Source: Planctomycetota bacterium (GTDB lineage: Bacteria; Planctomycetota; Brocadiia; JAADGH01). Taken from it: a stretch of 64,000 nt of DNA. Positions 62,441 to 64,000 of the stretch are shown here, piece by piece. The notes beneath the pieces were generated by a model, which did no database searches, was not told the origin of the DNA, and saw only the letters and a list, made by a program, of their open reading frames with translations. Position 1 is the stretch's first letter. Every line of letters begins with the position of its first letter. The stretch covers positions 32,001-96,000 of the forward strand of contig JBFMAD010000004.1 in assembly GCA_040755855.1 (NCBI GenBank). The letters run 5' to 3'. The translations under genes and the position numbers were made by a program.

Positions 62441-64000
62441 ATGGCGCAGAGAATTCATCGGGAACTGGGCATCGAGGAACTGGAAAGGCGGGTCGCGCCG
62501 GTTGTCCTGAATGGCACGAACTCGGTTGTTACCTTTAGCGACGACAGCGGAGACACGGTGCAGGTCCGATTCCAGGGACCCGGAGCCGCGCACGTGCGCT
62601 GGGTCATCGGCGGGGAGATGGCGGTGGCGGGCGACACCCTTTCCTTAATCGCTTTTAGCGATACGACAGAGCGATCTTCCCTGACCATCCGCGACATGGA
62701 CCCCGACCTCGGCGGAAACTCGCTGGTCGGCGGCACCGTCAGGACGGCGCTGGCCGACACATCTGTCGGCTCCATCTCCTTCTTCACGCGGCGCGGCGCG
62801 ATCCGAGATACCGTTATCTCCCTATCGGGCAGCCTGAGAGACCTTCGGATTATGGGCGACGTGGACGACGTGGAGCTTTTCGTCGGCGGCAACCTTGGGC
62901 TCGCCATGATCCGCGGCGAGGCGGCGCGGTTTGATACCATTGTTGGGGGCAGCATCGGTCAATTCCGAACGGATGGCGACCTGCGCATATCCAACGTGGG
63001 GGTGACCGGAGGCGTGGGCCTGTTCAGCATTGGCGGCGAGAGCGTGGATTCCACCGTGCTCGCTCGCAGAGCGGTCACGCAAGTCCGACTGGCGGACGAT
63101 GCCACGCGGGTCACGGTCCGAGCGGGGAGCCTGCAACAGTTCATGCTCACCGGCGATGCGAATACGTTGAATCTCCTCGTGGATGGCAACGGGCGCATCG
63201 CCCGAATTACCGGGGATGTGGCAGCCGGCGACATCCGGTACAACCAGCTCGGTTCCCTCTCCGTCGGTTCGCTCACCCTCAGCCGCGTCGTGGCCGCCGG
63301 CGGGCTGGGTTCATTCATGTGCCCGGGGGATGTAATCAACTCCACCGTGACCTCCGTAGGAGACATGTCCACCTGTCGGATCGGCGGGCGGCTCCACTCC
63401 GACCTGCCCGGGGCCGAGGGCATCTTCATCATCGGAAACGCGGCGCAGGTCTCCGTCGGCGGACTTGTGTCCGGCCCGCAGATTCTTATAACGGGAAACC
63501 TGGGCAGCGCGCAATTTCCACAGGCGATGCTTGATGCCCGGTTTGTCGTGGGAGGCAACCTGGGAAATGTGCGTTTCGGCGGCATGGTGCTGCTCGGCAA
63601 CTTCCTTGTCGGCGGCGACGCCCGATCCGTCCTCGTGCAGAATAATGCGGCGCACTGGACCGTCGCTATTACCGGCAACGCGGGGACCTTCAACGTCCGC
63701 GGGGCGATGGGACGATCCTCCGTCGCCATCGGCGGCGACGCACGCTCTCTGATGTTTGCGGAGATGGTCACAGACACGGACATAGATGTCGCCGGCGCCG
63801 TGGGCCAGATCGCCCTCAACGGCGGGATGACGGATACCAGCACGCTGGAAGTGGACGGCCCCACCATCGGGGTGATGATCCGCGATGGGCTGACCGACTC
63901 CGAGCTGACGTTCAACGGCGGCGCCGCGAATATGCAGATCTTCGGGGCCGTGTCGAACAGCGATATAAATGCAACCGGCCGCATGACCTCGTTTCTGGCG
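62441..64000 (+). CDS. Large extracellular beta-helix-like protein with LEPRxLL-type motif (runs off the window end)
   Basis: Not in the ORF track because it has no stop. MAQRIHRELGIEELERRVAP...TFSDDSGDTVQVRFQGPG, then Gly/Val-rich repeats. Confidence 0.78.
   Translation, partial: MAQRIHRELGIEELERRVAPVVLNGTNSVVTFSDDSGDTVQVRFQGPGAAHVRWVIGGEMAVAGDTLSLIAFSDTTERSSLTIRDMDPDLGGNSLVGGTVRTALADTSVGSISFFTRRGAIRDTVISLSGSLRDLRIMGDVDDVELFVGGNLGLAMIRGEAARFDTIVGGSIGQFRTDGDLRISNVGVTGGVGLFSIGGESVDSTVLARRAVTQVRLADDATRVTVRAGSLQQFMLTGDANTLNLLVDGNGRIARITGDVAAGDIRYNQLGSLSVGSLTLSRVVAAGGLGSFMCPGDVINSTVTSVGDMSTCRIGGRLHSDLPGAEGIFIIGNAAQVSVGGLVSGPQILITGNLGSAQFPQAMLDARFVVGGNLGNVRFGGMVLLGNFLVGGDARSVLVQNNAAHWTVAITGNAGTFNVRGAMGRSSVAIGGDARSLMFAEMVTDTDIDVAGAVGQIALNGGMTDTSTLEVDGPTIGVMIRDGLTDSELTFNGGAANMQIFGAVSNSDINATGRMTSFLA

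Noticed and set aside
62455..63984. Minus-strand ORFs 62455-62955 and 62959-63984
   Set aside because: They are shadows of the plus-strand surface-protein frame, which has an RBS and a sigma54 promoter.

Overview
A GC-rich bacterial chromosomal segment, most consistent with an uncultured Planctomycetota/PVC organism (inferred from a LEPRxLL-like export motif, a planctomycete-style pilin-like protein, sulfatases and an RpoD with a long insert). Bases 1-15.8 kb hold a nitrogen-assimilation cluster on the minus strand: a NifA-like sigma54 activator, TorF-like porin, amtB, P-II, two glnA, a Fis-like HTH gene, nadE, gltB and a truncated gltD. It has two clear sigma54 promoters and a recurring CCTACA-N4-TGTAGG palindrome that also covers the activator's own -10 box. 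The rest mixes housekeeping genes (dnaG-rpoD, purD, tldD/pmbA) with secreted hydrolases, sulfatases, transporters and defence-type loci. The strongest find is a retron at 44.9-46.2 kb with a promoter, a very compact msr-msd ncRNA and an RT, but no canonical effector. Also notable: (1) a two-copy ~200-bp element whose core, bounded by 24-bp inverted repeats, is flipped relative to its conserved flank; (2) an orphan BrnA/MazE-like chimeric antitoxin; (3) a small toxin-immunity-like gene pair; (4) a low-GC type II R-M pair and a Schlafen/AlbA_2 gene; (5) hydrolases with non-canonical nucleophiles (Cys in an S45 acylase, Thr in a sulfatase). No rRNA, tRNA or CRISPR array was seen. All family assignments come from motif recognition, not database searches.
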